Under the pieces are notes generated by a model that was not told the origin of the DNA, made no database searches, and saw only the letters and a list, made by a program, of their open reading frames with translations. Below, piece by piece: positions 1 to 7,475 of a stretch of 32,000 nt of DNA. The position numbers and the translations under genes were made by a program. This DNA is from Geotalea uraniireducens Rf4 (GTDB taxonomy: Bacteria; Desulfobacterota; Desulfuromonadia; Geobacterales; Geobacteraceae): positions 3,150,001 to 3,182,000 of the forward strand of contig NC_009483.1 of the NCBI RefSeq assembly GCF_000016745.1, given 5' to 3'. Within the stretch, counting starts at the first letter, position 1. Every line of letters starts with the position of its first letter.

Positions 1-1
1 T

Positions 2-739
2 GACCTGGACACCGCCGCCGTCTCCGGTTTCCCGGATTTGCCGTCGGGCCCGTACCTGAGGCTGACCGTGCAGGATACGGGGCACGGCATGGACAGTGCG
101 ACGATGGAGCGCATTTTCGATCCATTTTTTACCACCAAGGGACACGGCGAAGGGACCGGTCTCGGACTGTCGGTCGTTCATGGTATTGTCAAGAACCACG
201 GAGGGGCGATCACGGTCAATAGCGAACCGGGCAAAGGAACCAGCTTTCACGTCTTTCTTCCCCGCATCGACCATGAAACGGAATATGGAACAATCGATAC
301 GAACATGTCGACTCCCCGCGGGAGAGAACGCATCCTCTTTATCGACGATGAAGAGGACCTCGTCTTCGCCGGAAAAATGATGCTTGAGCGACTGGGCTAT
401 GAAGTCGTGGCGAAAAAGGACGGCGGCGAAGCGCTGGAACTGTTCCATACCCAGCCGAACGACTTCGACCTGATCATTACCGATCAGACCATGCCGAAAA
501 TGACGGGCACAGAGTTGACGAGGGAGATCCTCCGCATCCGCCCAGACATACCCGTCATCCTTTGCACCGGCTTCGGCCACGCGGCCAGGGACTTTGCCAC
601 GAAAGAGGGACAGGTAGCGGCGGGTATCCGTGAACTGGCGCTGAAGCCCCTCGACCGGGCGGAAATGGCCAAAACCATCCGCCGGGTGCTTGACCAGCAG
701 GATAGTACGGAGGAAGCCCCATGGCAAAGATACTCATAA
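2..739 (+). CDS. Hybrid sensor histidine kinase, C-terminal part (HATPase_c + receiver); 5' end lies outside the window
   Basis: Frame 2 is open from nt 2, so the listed TTG at 38 is not a real start. ATP-binding motifs GHGMD...GTGLGLS...GKGTSF are followed by a receiver domain (ILFIDDEED...DLIITDQTMPKMTG...LKP). The stop overlaps the next gene by 19 nt. Confidence 0.85.
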   Translation, partial: DLDTAAVSGFPDLPSGPYLRLTVQDTGHGMDSATMERIFDPFFTTKGHGEGTGLGLSVVHGIVKNHGGAITVNSEPGKGTSFHVFLPRIDHETEYGTIDTNMSTPRGRERILFIDDEEDLVFAGKMMLERLGYEVVAKKDGGEALELFHTQPNDFDLIITDQTMPKMTGTELTREILRIRPDIPVILCTGFGHAARDFATKEGQVAAGIRELALKPLDRAEMAKTIRRVLDQQDSTEEAPWQRYS

Positions 740-2127
740 TCGATGACGATGACCTGATGTGTCAGTCGTTGTCCCTTGTGGCAGGCCGCTGGGGGCATGA
801 GGTCACCTGCACCCACACCCTGGGAGCAGGGCTGGAAAAGGCCTCCTCACAGGCGTTCGACGTGGTTTTTCTCGATGTGAGGATGCCCGACGGCAACGGG
901 CTGGACATGATTCCCAGAATCGAGGCGACCACCTCTTCCCCGGAAATCATCATCATGACCGGCTTCGGCAACCCTTTGGGGGCAGAACTGGCCATCAAGA
1001 GCGGCGCCTGGGATTATATCGAGAAAGGCTCGTCGGTCAAGGAGATAACCCTTTCCCTTGTCCGCGCCCTGGAATACCGGAAACAGAAGAGGAACGGCAA
1101 AAGCGCAAGGAATGTGGTGGTCCTGAAGCGGGAGGATATCGTCGGCAACAGCCCGAAGACGAAGGTCTGCCTCGAACTGGTGGCCCAGGCTGCGGAATGC
1201 GACGCAAACGTGCTCATCACCGGCGAAACAGGATCGGGAAAGGAGCTCTTCGCCCGGGCGGTACATGAGAACAGCCGGAGAAACGGGAGAAACTTCGTGG
1301 TGGTCGATTGCGCGGCGCTCCCGGAAACGCTCGTCGAGAGCCTCCTCTTCGGCCATGAAAAAGGCGCCTTCACCGGTGCGGAACAGAGCCGGGAGGGGCT
1401 GGTTCTTCAGGCGAACGGAGGGACGCTCTTCCTCGACGAGGTGGGAGAACTCCCCCTCTCCATGCAGAAGGCGTTCCTGCGGGTTCTCCAGGAACACCGC
1501 TTCCGGCCGGTCGGGGGTCACCGTGAAATCGCCAGCGATTTCAGACTGGTGGCAGCGACCAATCGGGACCTGGACCGCATGGTACGTGACGGCCGATTCA
1601 GGGAAGACCTCCTATTCCGCCTCCGTTCCTTCGTCATCGAGTTGCCCCCCCTGCGGGAGCGGCCGGAAGACATCAGGGAGCTTGCCGGATATCATGTGGA
1701 CAAGCTGTGCGAACGTTACGGCCTTTCGGCCAAGGGATTCTCACCCGAATTCATGAAAACGCTCGCCGCATATCCGTGGCCCGGCAATGTGCGGGAGCTT
1801 GTCAACAGCCTGGAACGAACCATTGCCGCAGCCCGGCTGGAGCCGATTCTCTTCCCGAAACATCTGCCGGTGCAGATCCGCGTCCAGGTGGCGCAGGCCT
1901 CGGTGCGAAACGGACCGGACGCCGACCGTCCGGAAGCTGCGCCTCCGGCGGGATTTCCGAAATTGCACGATTTTAGGGAGTCCGTCTATGCCCAGGCGGA
2001 AAAGCAATATCTCCACGACCTGCTGGCACTCTCACAAGAAAACATGAACGAGGCATGCCGGCTGTCCGGCCTGTCCCAGTCCCGCCTCTACGCCCTTCTC
2101 AAAAAACAGGAAATCTCCCATCCCTAA
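721..2127 (+). CDS. Sigma54-dependent response regulator, NtrC family (REC + AAA+ + Fis-type HTH); BccR-like by context
   Basis: Receiver (ILIIDDDD...FLDVRMPDGNG), Walker A GETGSGKE, the signature GAFTGA loop (EKGAFTGA), and a C-terminal HTH (EACRLSGLSQSRLYALLKK). Confidence 0.93.
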   Translation: MAKILIIDDDDLMCQSLSLVAGRWGHEVTCTHTLGAGLEKASSQAFDVVFLDVRMPDGNGLDMIPRIEATTSSPEIIIMTGFGNPLGAELAIKSGAWDYIEKGSSVKEITLSLVRALEYRKQKRNGKSARNVVVLKREDIVGNSPKTKVCLELVAQAAECDANVLITGETGSGKELFARAVHENSRRNGRNFVVVDCAALPETLVESLLFGHEKGAFTGAEQSREGLVLQANGGTLFLDEVGELPLSMQKAFLRVLQEHRFRPVGGHREIASDFRLVAATNRDLDRMVRDGRFREDLLFRLRSFVIELPPLRERPEDIRELAGYHVDKLCERYGLSAKGFSPEFMKTLAAYPWPGNVRELVNSLERTIAAARLEPILFPKHLPVQIRVQVAQASVRNGPDADRPEAAPPAGFPKLHDFRESVYAQAEKQYLHDLLALSQENMNEACRLSGLSQSRLYALLKKQEISHP

Positions 2128-2130
2128 ACC

Positions 2131-2247
2131 TGATGGAACGCAGAAAAATCGGAAAAGGAGGATAAAGGCGGATTAAACCGGAACCCAGAAATCTCAGGTT
2201 TTAAATCCGTTTTTTCCTCTTTTTCCGCCTTTTCTGCGTCCCATTGG
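2131..2247. repeat. Long imperfect palindrome (about 48-nt arms, about 20-nt loop) between the activator gene and the sigma54 promoter
   Basis: By hand alignment, left arm 2131-2177 (tgatggaacgcagaaaaatcggaaaaggaggataaaggcggattaaa) is roughly 80% complementary to right arm 2200-2247 (tttaaatccgttttttcctctttttccgccttttctgcgtcccattgg). Confidence 0.6.
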
Positions 2248-2436
2248 TTTTAAGGTGTTCACCATGTCCGAAAGAAGTGTCGTTCTATGATTTTTCCTGC
2301 CGGACAGGAATAATTCCTGCGCCGCAGGATAAATATCCACCGCATATCCCCCCGCCTTCAACTTACCGACCTCATCATCCCACATAACCAGCTGACATCA
2401 CTGATTTATTTGTTTTGTTAACAAATTCCAACAACA

Positions 2437-2452
2437 TGGCATCTCCGTTGCT
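2437..2452 (+). promoter_or_regulatory. Sigma54 (-24/-12) promoter TGGCAT-N5-TTGCT
   Basis: TGGCATCTCCGTTGCT matches the TGGCAC-N5-TTGCW consensus with correct GG/GC spacing. It lies about 50 nt upstream of the ATG at 2504 (RBS aaaggaga). An A/T-rich stretch with an IHF-like ATCACNNNNTTA lies just upstream (about 2396-2430). The NtrC-type activator is encoded immediately upstream. Confidence 0.7.
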
Positions 2453-2503
2453 CTTACCAGGGTAAACAACCCTTCAGGGAAAACATTTCGAAAGGAGATC
2501 GCC

Positions 2504-2776
2504 ATGAACGCATTAATCAAAAGCTCGATGTCAGGAAAGATCGTAAGCGGAGTGATCATAGCACTTGTACTCGCCGGAACGATTTTCGTCTCCAGCATAG
2601 CCGATGTAGGCCAGAGGGGCGGAATCCTGGCGAACCTCTTCATCGGATTCATCGGTGCCATCATCGCCATCCAGCTCGTCCCCGGCCTGATTCTGTTCGG
2701 GGCAATGGTCAAGGGGCTATGCAGCCTGTTCCGCAAGGAAAAAGAACTACAGGTCGAAACCCGGGAATCGGAATGA
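2504..2776 (+). CDS. Small integral membrane protein (two predicted TM helices), unknown function
   Basis: First ORF after the sigma54 promoter, with RBS aaaggag. Hydrophobic stretches GVIIALVLAGTIFV and LFIGFIGAIIAIQLVPGLILFGAMV. Confidence 0.6.
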   Translation: MNALIKSSMSGKIVSGVIIALVLAGTIFVSSIADVGQRGGILANLFIGFIGAIIAIQLVPGLILFGAMVKGLCSLFRKEKELQVETRESE

Positions 2777-2809
2777 ACGGCGTTTTCAGCCTGTGAAAGG
2801 GAGAGAACA

Positions 2810-3229
2810 ATGGACGAGCGAGGAATTCTCATAGCGGACAGAGATACCGAGTTCCGCAAGCAGGTGGCCGACTATTTCAGAGAAGCGGGCTACCAGGTGG
2901 AGACGACGGATTCGGCGGTCCATGCGTTCTGCAGCATCCTGGAAAAGCAGACCCCCGTTGTCCTGTTGGGTAACGATTTCGATAAAAAGGTCAACTCGGC
3001 GGACCTCATACACCTGCTCAAGAAATGCAACCGGCGCCTGGCCGTGATCCTGGTTTCCGATGAACTCCCCTTGCCGCTTATCAGGAAAATCAGGAAGGAA
3101 GGGATATTCTACCACGCCCTGAAAACGGCCGGGCCCAAAGACAGCGAGGAAATACATCAGGCGGTGGAATGCGCTTTCACGAACCGCCACGATAACTCAC
3201 AGCAGGAAACCACAAGGAGGAAATCATGA
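2810..3229 (+). CDS. Stand-alone receiver-like protein, probable pseudo-receiver
   Basis: CheY-like alternating pattern (ILIADRD...VVLLGNDF...AVILVSDE...YHALK). Hand alignment to CheY places Gly at the phospho-acceptor Asp57 position and Arg at Asp13. Ser and Lys are retained at the T87 and K109 positions. Confidence 0.7.
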   Translation: MDERGILIADRDTEFRKQVADYFREAGYQVETTDSAVHAFCSILEKQTPVVLLGNDFDKKVNSADLIHLLKKCNRRLAVILVSDELPLPLIRKIRKEGIFYHALKTAGPKDSEEIHQAVECAFTNRHDNSQQETTRRKS

Positions 3230-3477
3230 AAACAAAGGCATGGATATGCGGCATTGCAGCCGTGGCAACGGGGTCCGGCTCCCTCGCCTTCGCTGCGCCG
3301 CAGACGAGAGAAGACGGCAGCGGCATCGCGATCGCCATCTTCCTCGCCTTCTGCGCACTGATCGTCATCGGCCAGCTTCTCCCCATCTTCCGCACCAGGA
3401 AGGCCGAAGACGAGGCAGCGGAAGTCGAAACAGTTAAAGCAGAGAGTGAAGAGGATGAGCAGCAGGTTGACCGGTGA
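3226..3477 (+). CDS. Small exported/membrane protein with an acidic C-terminal tail
   Basis: ATGA start/stop overlap with the previous gene and RBS aggagga. Signal-peptide-like N-terminus (AAVATGSGSLAFA), a TM segment (IAIAIFLAFCALIVIGQLL) and an E/D-rich tail. Confidence 0.55.
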   Translation: MKTKAWICGIAAVATGSGSLAFAAPQTREDGSGIAIAIFLAFCALIVIGQLLPIFRTRKAEDEAAEVETVKAESEEDEQQVDR

Positions 3478-3499
3478 GCACCGTCATTGATTCAAGAAT

Positions 3500-3579
3500 C
3501 CCCCTCTTAAGATTAAGAGGGGGTGGGGGGAGTTATGAGGTTGTAACCCCTCCCGGCCTCCCCTTAAACCAAGGGGAGG
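3500..3579. repeat. G/C-rich hairpin elements of the 'PLxxRGG/PPLxKGG' family inside the operon
   Basis: CCCCCTCTTAA-GA-TTAAGAGGGGG (3500-3523) and CCTCCCCTT-AAACC-AAGGGGAGG (3557-3579). They share the architecture of the hairpins flanking the DUF559 gene at 9473-10082. Confidence 0.6.
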
Positions 3580-3672
3580 TGTAGTTCGCCCTGAGGGGGG
3601 AGGACTTCGGGATGAATCCCCCGGCTCCAGAAATAAACGTATTTCTGATTTCAAGACAAGGAGGAAGGTACA

Positions 3673-4773
3673 GTGAAAACAGAGATTATAAAATGGACGC
3701 TCCGTCTTCTCCCGGCGCTCGCCCTGCTCGCCGCCGTTTCCATGGCCTCTGCCGCGGAAGCGGGCGGACCGGGCTACGCATACGGCGGCATTACCGGGAA
3801 AAGCGGCAACTGCCTGGACTGTCACGGAAATGCGAAAAATATCGGCGACCGGTATTTCATCGACCCGGTGAAATACGAACACACCAATCACGCCAGAATC
3901 GGCTGCCCCGCCTGCCACGATTCCATCGGCGGTGGACATCCAGGCGACCAGCTTGTCCCGGCCAAAGCCGGTTGTCTTGAGTGCCACGGCGACACGGCCG
4001 AGGAATATGCCCGGACCGCTCATGCGGCAAAAGCTGCCTGCAACGACTGCCACAACCCGCACCTGGTGCACGCCCCCAACGAAATATCAGGGCAGGAGAT
4101 GAACAGGATGTGCGCCACCTGCCACAACAACGAAGGGATGGTTGCAAAGCACGCCAGGTGGCTGCCGCAGGCCGACCTCCATCTCGGCATGCTCCCCTGC
4201 ATCACCTGTCACACCGGATCGAAAAATTACGTCATCACCCTTTACATCATCAAACGGGAGGGATACAAGCGCAACGGAGAGTTTAAACTGGCCGGCCACG
4301 CAGAGCTGGAAAAAATTGCCGGAGCTAAAGGGATCCGCTCCATGATCGACGGTAACGGCGACAACTACATCTCCCTCGCCGAACTGGGCCTGTTCAACCG
4401 CAACCCCGCTTACAAGCATCTGCGTCTGCAAGGGGTGCTGACCCCGGAAACAGTGACCCACAACTTCGAGATCCTTGAAAACCGCTGGGACTGCACCTTC
4501 TGCCACGCCTCCGGCCCCGACGCCATGCAGACCAGTTCTATCGCCCTGCCGGATAAAAGCGGCGCCTTCCAGCGGGTCGCAGTGGAGAAAGGGGCGGTTC
4601 TCGACACGCTCAACGGCCCGCCCGATTTCTATCTGACCGGGGCCTCCCGCAACGCATCGCTCAACAAGATCGGCCTGGTCATCATTGCCGGCGGCATGGT
4701 CATGCCGGTCGGACACGGCTTCCTGCGTTTCCTGACGCGGAAGAACAGAAAAGGAAAGGAGCACCAGTCATGA
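3673..4773 (+). CDS. Heptahaem c-type cytochrome with signal peptide and C-terminal membrane anchor (CbcA-like)
   Basis: GTG start after GGAGGA. Seven CXXCH motifs: CLDCH, CPACH, CLECH, CNDCH, CATCH, CITCH, CTFCH. N-terminal signal sequence, C-terminal hydrophobic helix (IGLVIIAGGMVMPVG) and an EF-hand-like loop DGNGDNYISLAE. Confidence 0.9.
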   Translation: MKTEIIKWTLRLLPALALLAAVSMASAAEAGGPGYAYGGITGKSGNCLDCHGNAKNIGDRYFIDPVKYEHTNHARIGCPACHDSIGGGHPGDQLVPAKAGCLECHGDTAEEYARTAHAAKAACNDCHNPHLVHAPNEISGQEMNRMCATCHNNEGMVAKHARWLPQADLHLGMLPCITCHTGSKNYVITLYIIKREGYKRNGEFKLAGHAELEKIAGAKGIRSMIDGNGDNYISLAELGLFNRNPAYKHLRLQGVLTPETVTHNFEILENRWDCTFCHASGPDAMQTSSIALPDKSGAFQRVAVEKGAVLDTLNGPPDFYLTGASRNASLNKIGLVIIAGGMVMPVGHGFLRFLTRKNRKGKEHQS

Positions 4774-5438
4774 GTAAACATACGATGATCTATCTTCAGC
4801 CCACCCCGGTGCGCATCTGGCACTGGCTCAACGCCCTGGGCATCGTCACCCTCTGCATAACCGGCGCGCAGATCCGCTTCCCGGAATACCTGGCAATTTT
4901 CGGCAGCTACAAGACGGCCATCCTCCTCCACAACACGGCGGGGATCGTCGTGGCCGTCTCCTTCTCCCTCTGGTTCTTTTACTACAAGATGATCGCCGGC
5001 ACCCTGCTCAAGCTGTATGTCCCCAACCAGGAGGAGTTGCAGCACGGTCTCCTCAGGCAGGCAATCTTCTACTTCTTCAGGTACTTCCGCGGCGACCCGA
5101 GCCCGCACCACGCGACGCCGGACAACAAGTTCAATCCCATGCAGAAGTCGGCCTATCTCGCCATCATGTTCGTCCTTATGCCGCTCGTGAGCCTGACCGG
5201 CATCCTGCTGATGAACGTCACGCCCCTGCGGGAACTGGTGCTCCTGAGCGGCGGCCTGAAGATTCTCGTATCGGGGCACTTCCTCCTGGCGAGCTCGCTC
5301 TGCGCCTTTCTCTTTACCCACGTCTACCTGGCGACGCTGGGGCACTCCCCGATGGCGCACATCAAGCCCATGTGGACCGGGTGGGAAGAGGCGGAAGAGC
5401 ATGGAGAAGTAAAACAGACGGAACAGGGGAATAACTGA
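4770..5438 (+). CDS. Membrane b-type cytochrome (Ni/Fe-hydrogenase / FdnI / PhsC-type cytochrome b family; CbcB-like)
   Basis: ATGA overlap with the cytochrome c gene. Four or five hydrophobic helices carry conserved His at IWHW, LLHN, SGHF and THVY, as expected for a dihaem b. Confidence 0.85.
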   Translation: MSKHTMIYLQPTPVRIWHWLNALGIVTLCITGAQIRFPEYLAIFGSYKTAILLHNTAGIVVAVSFSLWFFYYKMIAGTLLKLYVPNQEELQHGLLRQAIFYFFRYFRGDPSPHHATPDNKFNPMQKSAYLAIMFVLMPLVSLTGILLMNVTPLRELVLLSGGLKILVSGHFLLASSLCAFLFTHVYLATLGHSPMAHIKPMWTGWEEAEEHGEVKQTEQGNN

Positions 5439-5476
5439 CGCACTGCGCCTGAACCCGAAAGGAAAGGAGGCCCATC

Positions 5477-5992
5477 ATGCTCGGACATATGATCGGACAA
5501 ACGAAACGGCTGGAAGATAACCATCCCCGCAAAGCATTCACCGCCGCGGCACAAGACGATATGCGCCGGCTTCAATCCCTTTCCCGCCGGGGCCTCTGGG
5601 CGATGGCGCTCTTCCTCCTGATCAGCGCCCTGGCGCTCTGCCTGCGGGACATCAACCTGCTCGTCCCCCTTCCCGAAGGTATACGGCAGATACTCGGCGC
5701 CCCGCCCCCCCCGATCCTGGTGCACATCGCCCTGGCCGTCTCCACGGTCTCCGCCCTGGTCCTCATCCTGGGTAGGGCAGTGGGAAGCGCCAGGCCTTGC
5801 CACAGCTGGATCAACATCGGGCTGCCGACGGTTTTTTACCCGCTCTATCTGGTTACCGAACCGCTGGATGTAAACTTCCTGGTCGTTCTGGTCGTCGGGC
5901 TCTCCATTATCACGCTTGAGCATCTCACCGTCTGGAGATATTCATCCAGGGCGATTGCGGAGGAGAGGGACCGGCTGGGGAGACGGTTGTAG
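5477..5992 (+). CDS. Integral membrane protein, unknown function (last gene of the cluster)
   Basis: RBS aaaggagg about 7 nt upstream of the ATG. Several hydrophobic helices. No recognisable motif. Confidence 0.55.
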   Translation: MLGHMIGQTKRLEDNHPRKAFTAAAQDDMRRLQSLSRRGLWAMALFLLISALALCLRDINLLVPLPEGIRQILGAPPPPILVHIALAVSTVSALVLILGRAVGSARPCHSWINIGLPTVFYPLYLVTEPLDVNFLVVLVVGLSIITLEHLTVWRYSSRAIAEERDRLGRRL

Positions 5993-6036
5993 GTGTTGAG
6001 ATCGGCCGGACGATGTGAATACGGAAAAACACACCC

Positions 6037-6100
6037 GTAGGGGCGGGGTCACCCCGCCCCTACACCCCGCCCCTACACCCCGCACACCCCGCCCCTACAC
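6037..6100. repeat. GTAG-type REP: perfect palindrome GTAGGGGCGGGGT-C-ACCCCGCCCCTAC followed by tandem ACCCCGCCCCTAC units
   Basis: Read directly. The palindrome spans 6037-6063. Further full or partial ACCCCGC(CC)CTAC copies run to about 6100. Confidence 0.8.
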
Positions 6101-6156
6101 GGTTCATCCCCCCAGAGCATCCCCATCTCAAGAAAAGCATCCTTGACACCCCAAAT

Positions 6157-6177
6157 GGTATGACACATCATCATACC
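6157..6177. promoter_or_regulatory. Candidate operator (inverted repeat GGTATGA-N7-TCATACC) with an upstream TTGACA (6143-6148) in front of the mazEF-like pair
   Basis: Inverted repeat read directly. RHH antitoxins usually autoregulate at such sites. The -10 element is not convincing. Confidence 0.35.
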
Positions 6178-6196
6178 AATGAAAGCGAGGTGCCCA

Positions 6197-6439
6197 ATGG
6201 CAAAAGCAAAGCTTGCCGTAACGCTCGACGAAAAAACGCTCTCCGAGGTTGATAGCCTGGTCAAAAGACGCGTGTTTCCCAACCGCAGCCGTCTCATCGA
6301 GGAAGCGGTCCGCGAGAAGGTTTCCCGGTTGAACCGCGATCGTCTGGCCCGCGAATGCGCCCTGCTCGACCCGGACTTCGAAAAGTCCATGGCCGAAGAA
6401 GGAATGGGAGAGGAGCTGAACGAATGGCCCGAATACTGA
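6197..6439 (+). CDS. Ribbon-helix-helix (CopG/MazE-type) antitoxin
   Basis: [22 protein letters not shown]...[11 protein letters not shown] is a typical RHH N-terminus. The ATG at 6197 has GAGGTG upstream, so it is preferred over the ORF-track start at 6179. It overlaps the toxin gene by 16 nt. Confidence 0.75.
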   Translation: MAKAKLAVTLDEKTLSEVDSLVKRRVFPNRSRLIEEAVREKVSRLNRDRLARECALLDPDFEKSMAEEGMGEELNEWPEY

Positions 6440-6759
6440 GAGGGGACATCCGCTGGGCCGATCTCAACCCTGTGCGTGGCAGCGAGCAAGGGAGACTGCG
6501 ACCTGTCCTCATCCTGAGTCACGATGTCTTCAACGCCCGCTCCGGTACAGTCATCGCCGTAGCGATAACCAGCCAGCCGCCGCGCGCCGGCTTCCCCCTC
6601 ACCCTCGAACTTTCCTCCCCAATACTTCCCAAGCAGTCCTGGGTCAAGATCAGCCAGATCCGGACGTTATCTGTCGAACGCATCGGTAAGAAGATCGCCG
6701 AGGCAAGTCCCGAAGAGTTGAACCATGTGATCGATGGGTTGAGCGAGATCGTGGGATAA
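6424..6759 (+). CDS. mazF: MazF/PemK-family endoribonuclease toxin
   Basis: [32 protein letters not shown]...VIAVAITSQ...[16 protein letters not shown] is a classic PemK/MazF fold signature. The internal ATG at 6424 is chosen instead of the ORF-track start at 6355. Confidence 0.88.
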   Translation: MARILRGDIRWADLNPVRGSEQGRLRPVLILSHDVFNARSGTVIAVAITSQPPRAGFPLTLELSSPILPKQSWVKISQIRTLSVERIGKKIAEASPEELNHVIDGLSEIVG

Positions 6760-6864
6760 TTCGGGGGGGAGGATGGGGATGGTCATGGCGGTTGCACCTG
6801 AAGAAGAAAGAGATACCACGAACACTGCGTTTCTGTTATAGTTTTGCCATCAAAGGAGATGACC

Positions 6865-7116
6865 ATGAAAAGCGCGTCAGTCACCGTCAAACTGCCGGAA
6901 CCGGTCAAAACACGTCTGGACCGTCTCGCCAAGGCCACACATCGGAGCAGGTCGTCTCTCGTTTCGGCCGCTGTCGAAGAGATGCTCTCCGTGGAAGAGT
7001 GGCAGATTCAGGGAATCAGGGAAGCTTTGCATGAGGCCGATTCCGGCAACCTGATTGCCCACGAAGAGATCAAACTTGAATGGGAGACACGGCGTGCACG
7101 TCAAGTGGACAAGTAA
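6865..7116 (+). CDS. RHH antitoxin (ParD/CopG-like)
   Basis: SVTVKLPEPVKTRLDRLAKATHRSRSSLVSAAVEEML is an RHH motif. AAGGAG at 6853-6858 favours the ATG at 6865; 6859 is also possible. Confidence 0.75.
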   Translation: MKSASVTVKLPEPVKTRLDRLAKATHRSRSSLVSAAVEEMLSVEEWQIQGIREALHEADSGNLIAHEEIKLEWETRRARQVDK

Positions 7117-7378
7117 GGCACGTCGTGACTTGTACAGCGTCGATGGTTACATTTCACAGGACAACCCCACCGCTGCTGCAGAAACGGTTCTGAAAATCAT
7201 TGCCGCCGTAGAATCGCTCTCCCAGCACGCGGAAATGGGGCGGCCCGGCAGAGTCCCCGACACTCGGGAACTGGTCATTCCCGGTCTCCCCTTTATAGTC
7301 CCCTATCGCATCAGCAGTTCCACAATCGTCATCCTTCGTGTCTACCACACATCCCGCAAGTGGCCAGATCAGCTTTAA
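7094..7378 (+). CDS. RelE/ParE-family toxin
   Basis: WTSKARRDL...I..DNP.AA...GRPGRVPDTRELVIPGLPFIVPYRI...IVILRVYHTSRKWP is a ParE/RelE signature. A GTG at 7094 overlapping the antitoxin 3' end is the plausible start. Confidence 0.8.
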   Translation: MHVKWTSKARRDLYSVDGYISQDNPTAAAETVLKIIAAVESLSQHAEMGRPGRVPDTRELVIPGLPFIVPYRISSSTIVILRVYHTSRKWPDQL

Positions 7379-7446
7379 CCCCGAGATCTCGACAAACACT
7401 GGCTTTGCCGATTTCTTAGCCCTCTTTGAAAAAGGGGGGTGAAACC

Positions 7447-7475
7447 TGGGGAATCCCCACGCATGTGGGGAACAC
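7447..7475 (-). repeat. Solitary type I-E CRISPR repeat with a degenerate 3' end
   Basis: The minus strand reads GTGTTCCCCACATGCGTGGGGATTCCCCA. The first 21 nt fit the I-E consensus GTGTTCCCCRC-N4-GYGGGGAT with the CCCCAC/GTGGGG stem. The usual GAACCG tail is replaced. Confidence 0.65.

Noticed and set aside
38-739. TTG at 38 as the start of the first CDS, plus the N-terminal extensions of pdxJ (to 15048), cdaA (to 17582), mazF (6355) and DUF559 (10013).
   Set aside because: The frame of the first CDS is open to the window edge, and kinase motifs require upstream sequence. For the other four genes, internal ATGs with Shine-Dalgarno motifs or ATGA coupling give proteins that begin where family similarity begins.
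3600-3672. A possible second sigma54 promoter directly upstream of the cytochrome c gene.
   Set aside because: No GG-N10-GC element with TGGCA/TTGC context is present. The gap is occupied by hairpin repeats, and the cytochrome genes are more simply read as part of the transcript starting at 2437-2452.
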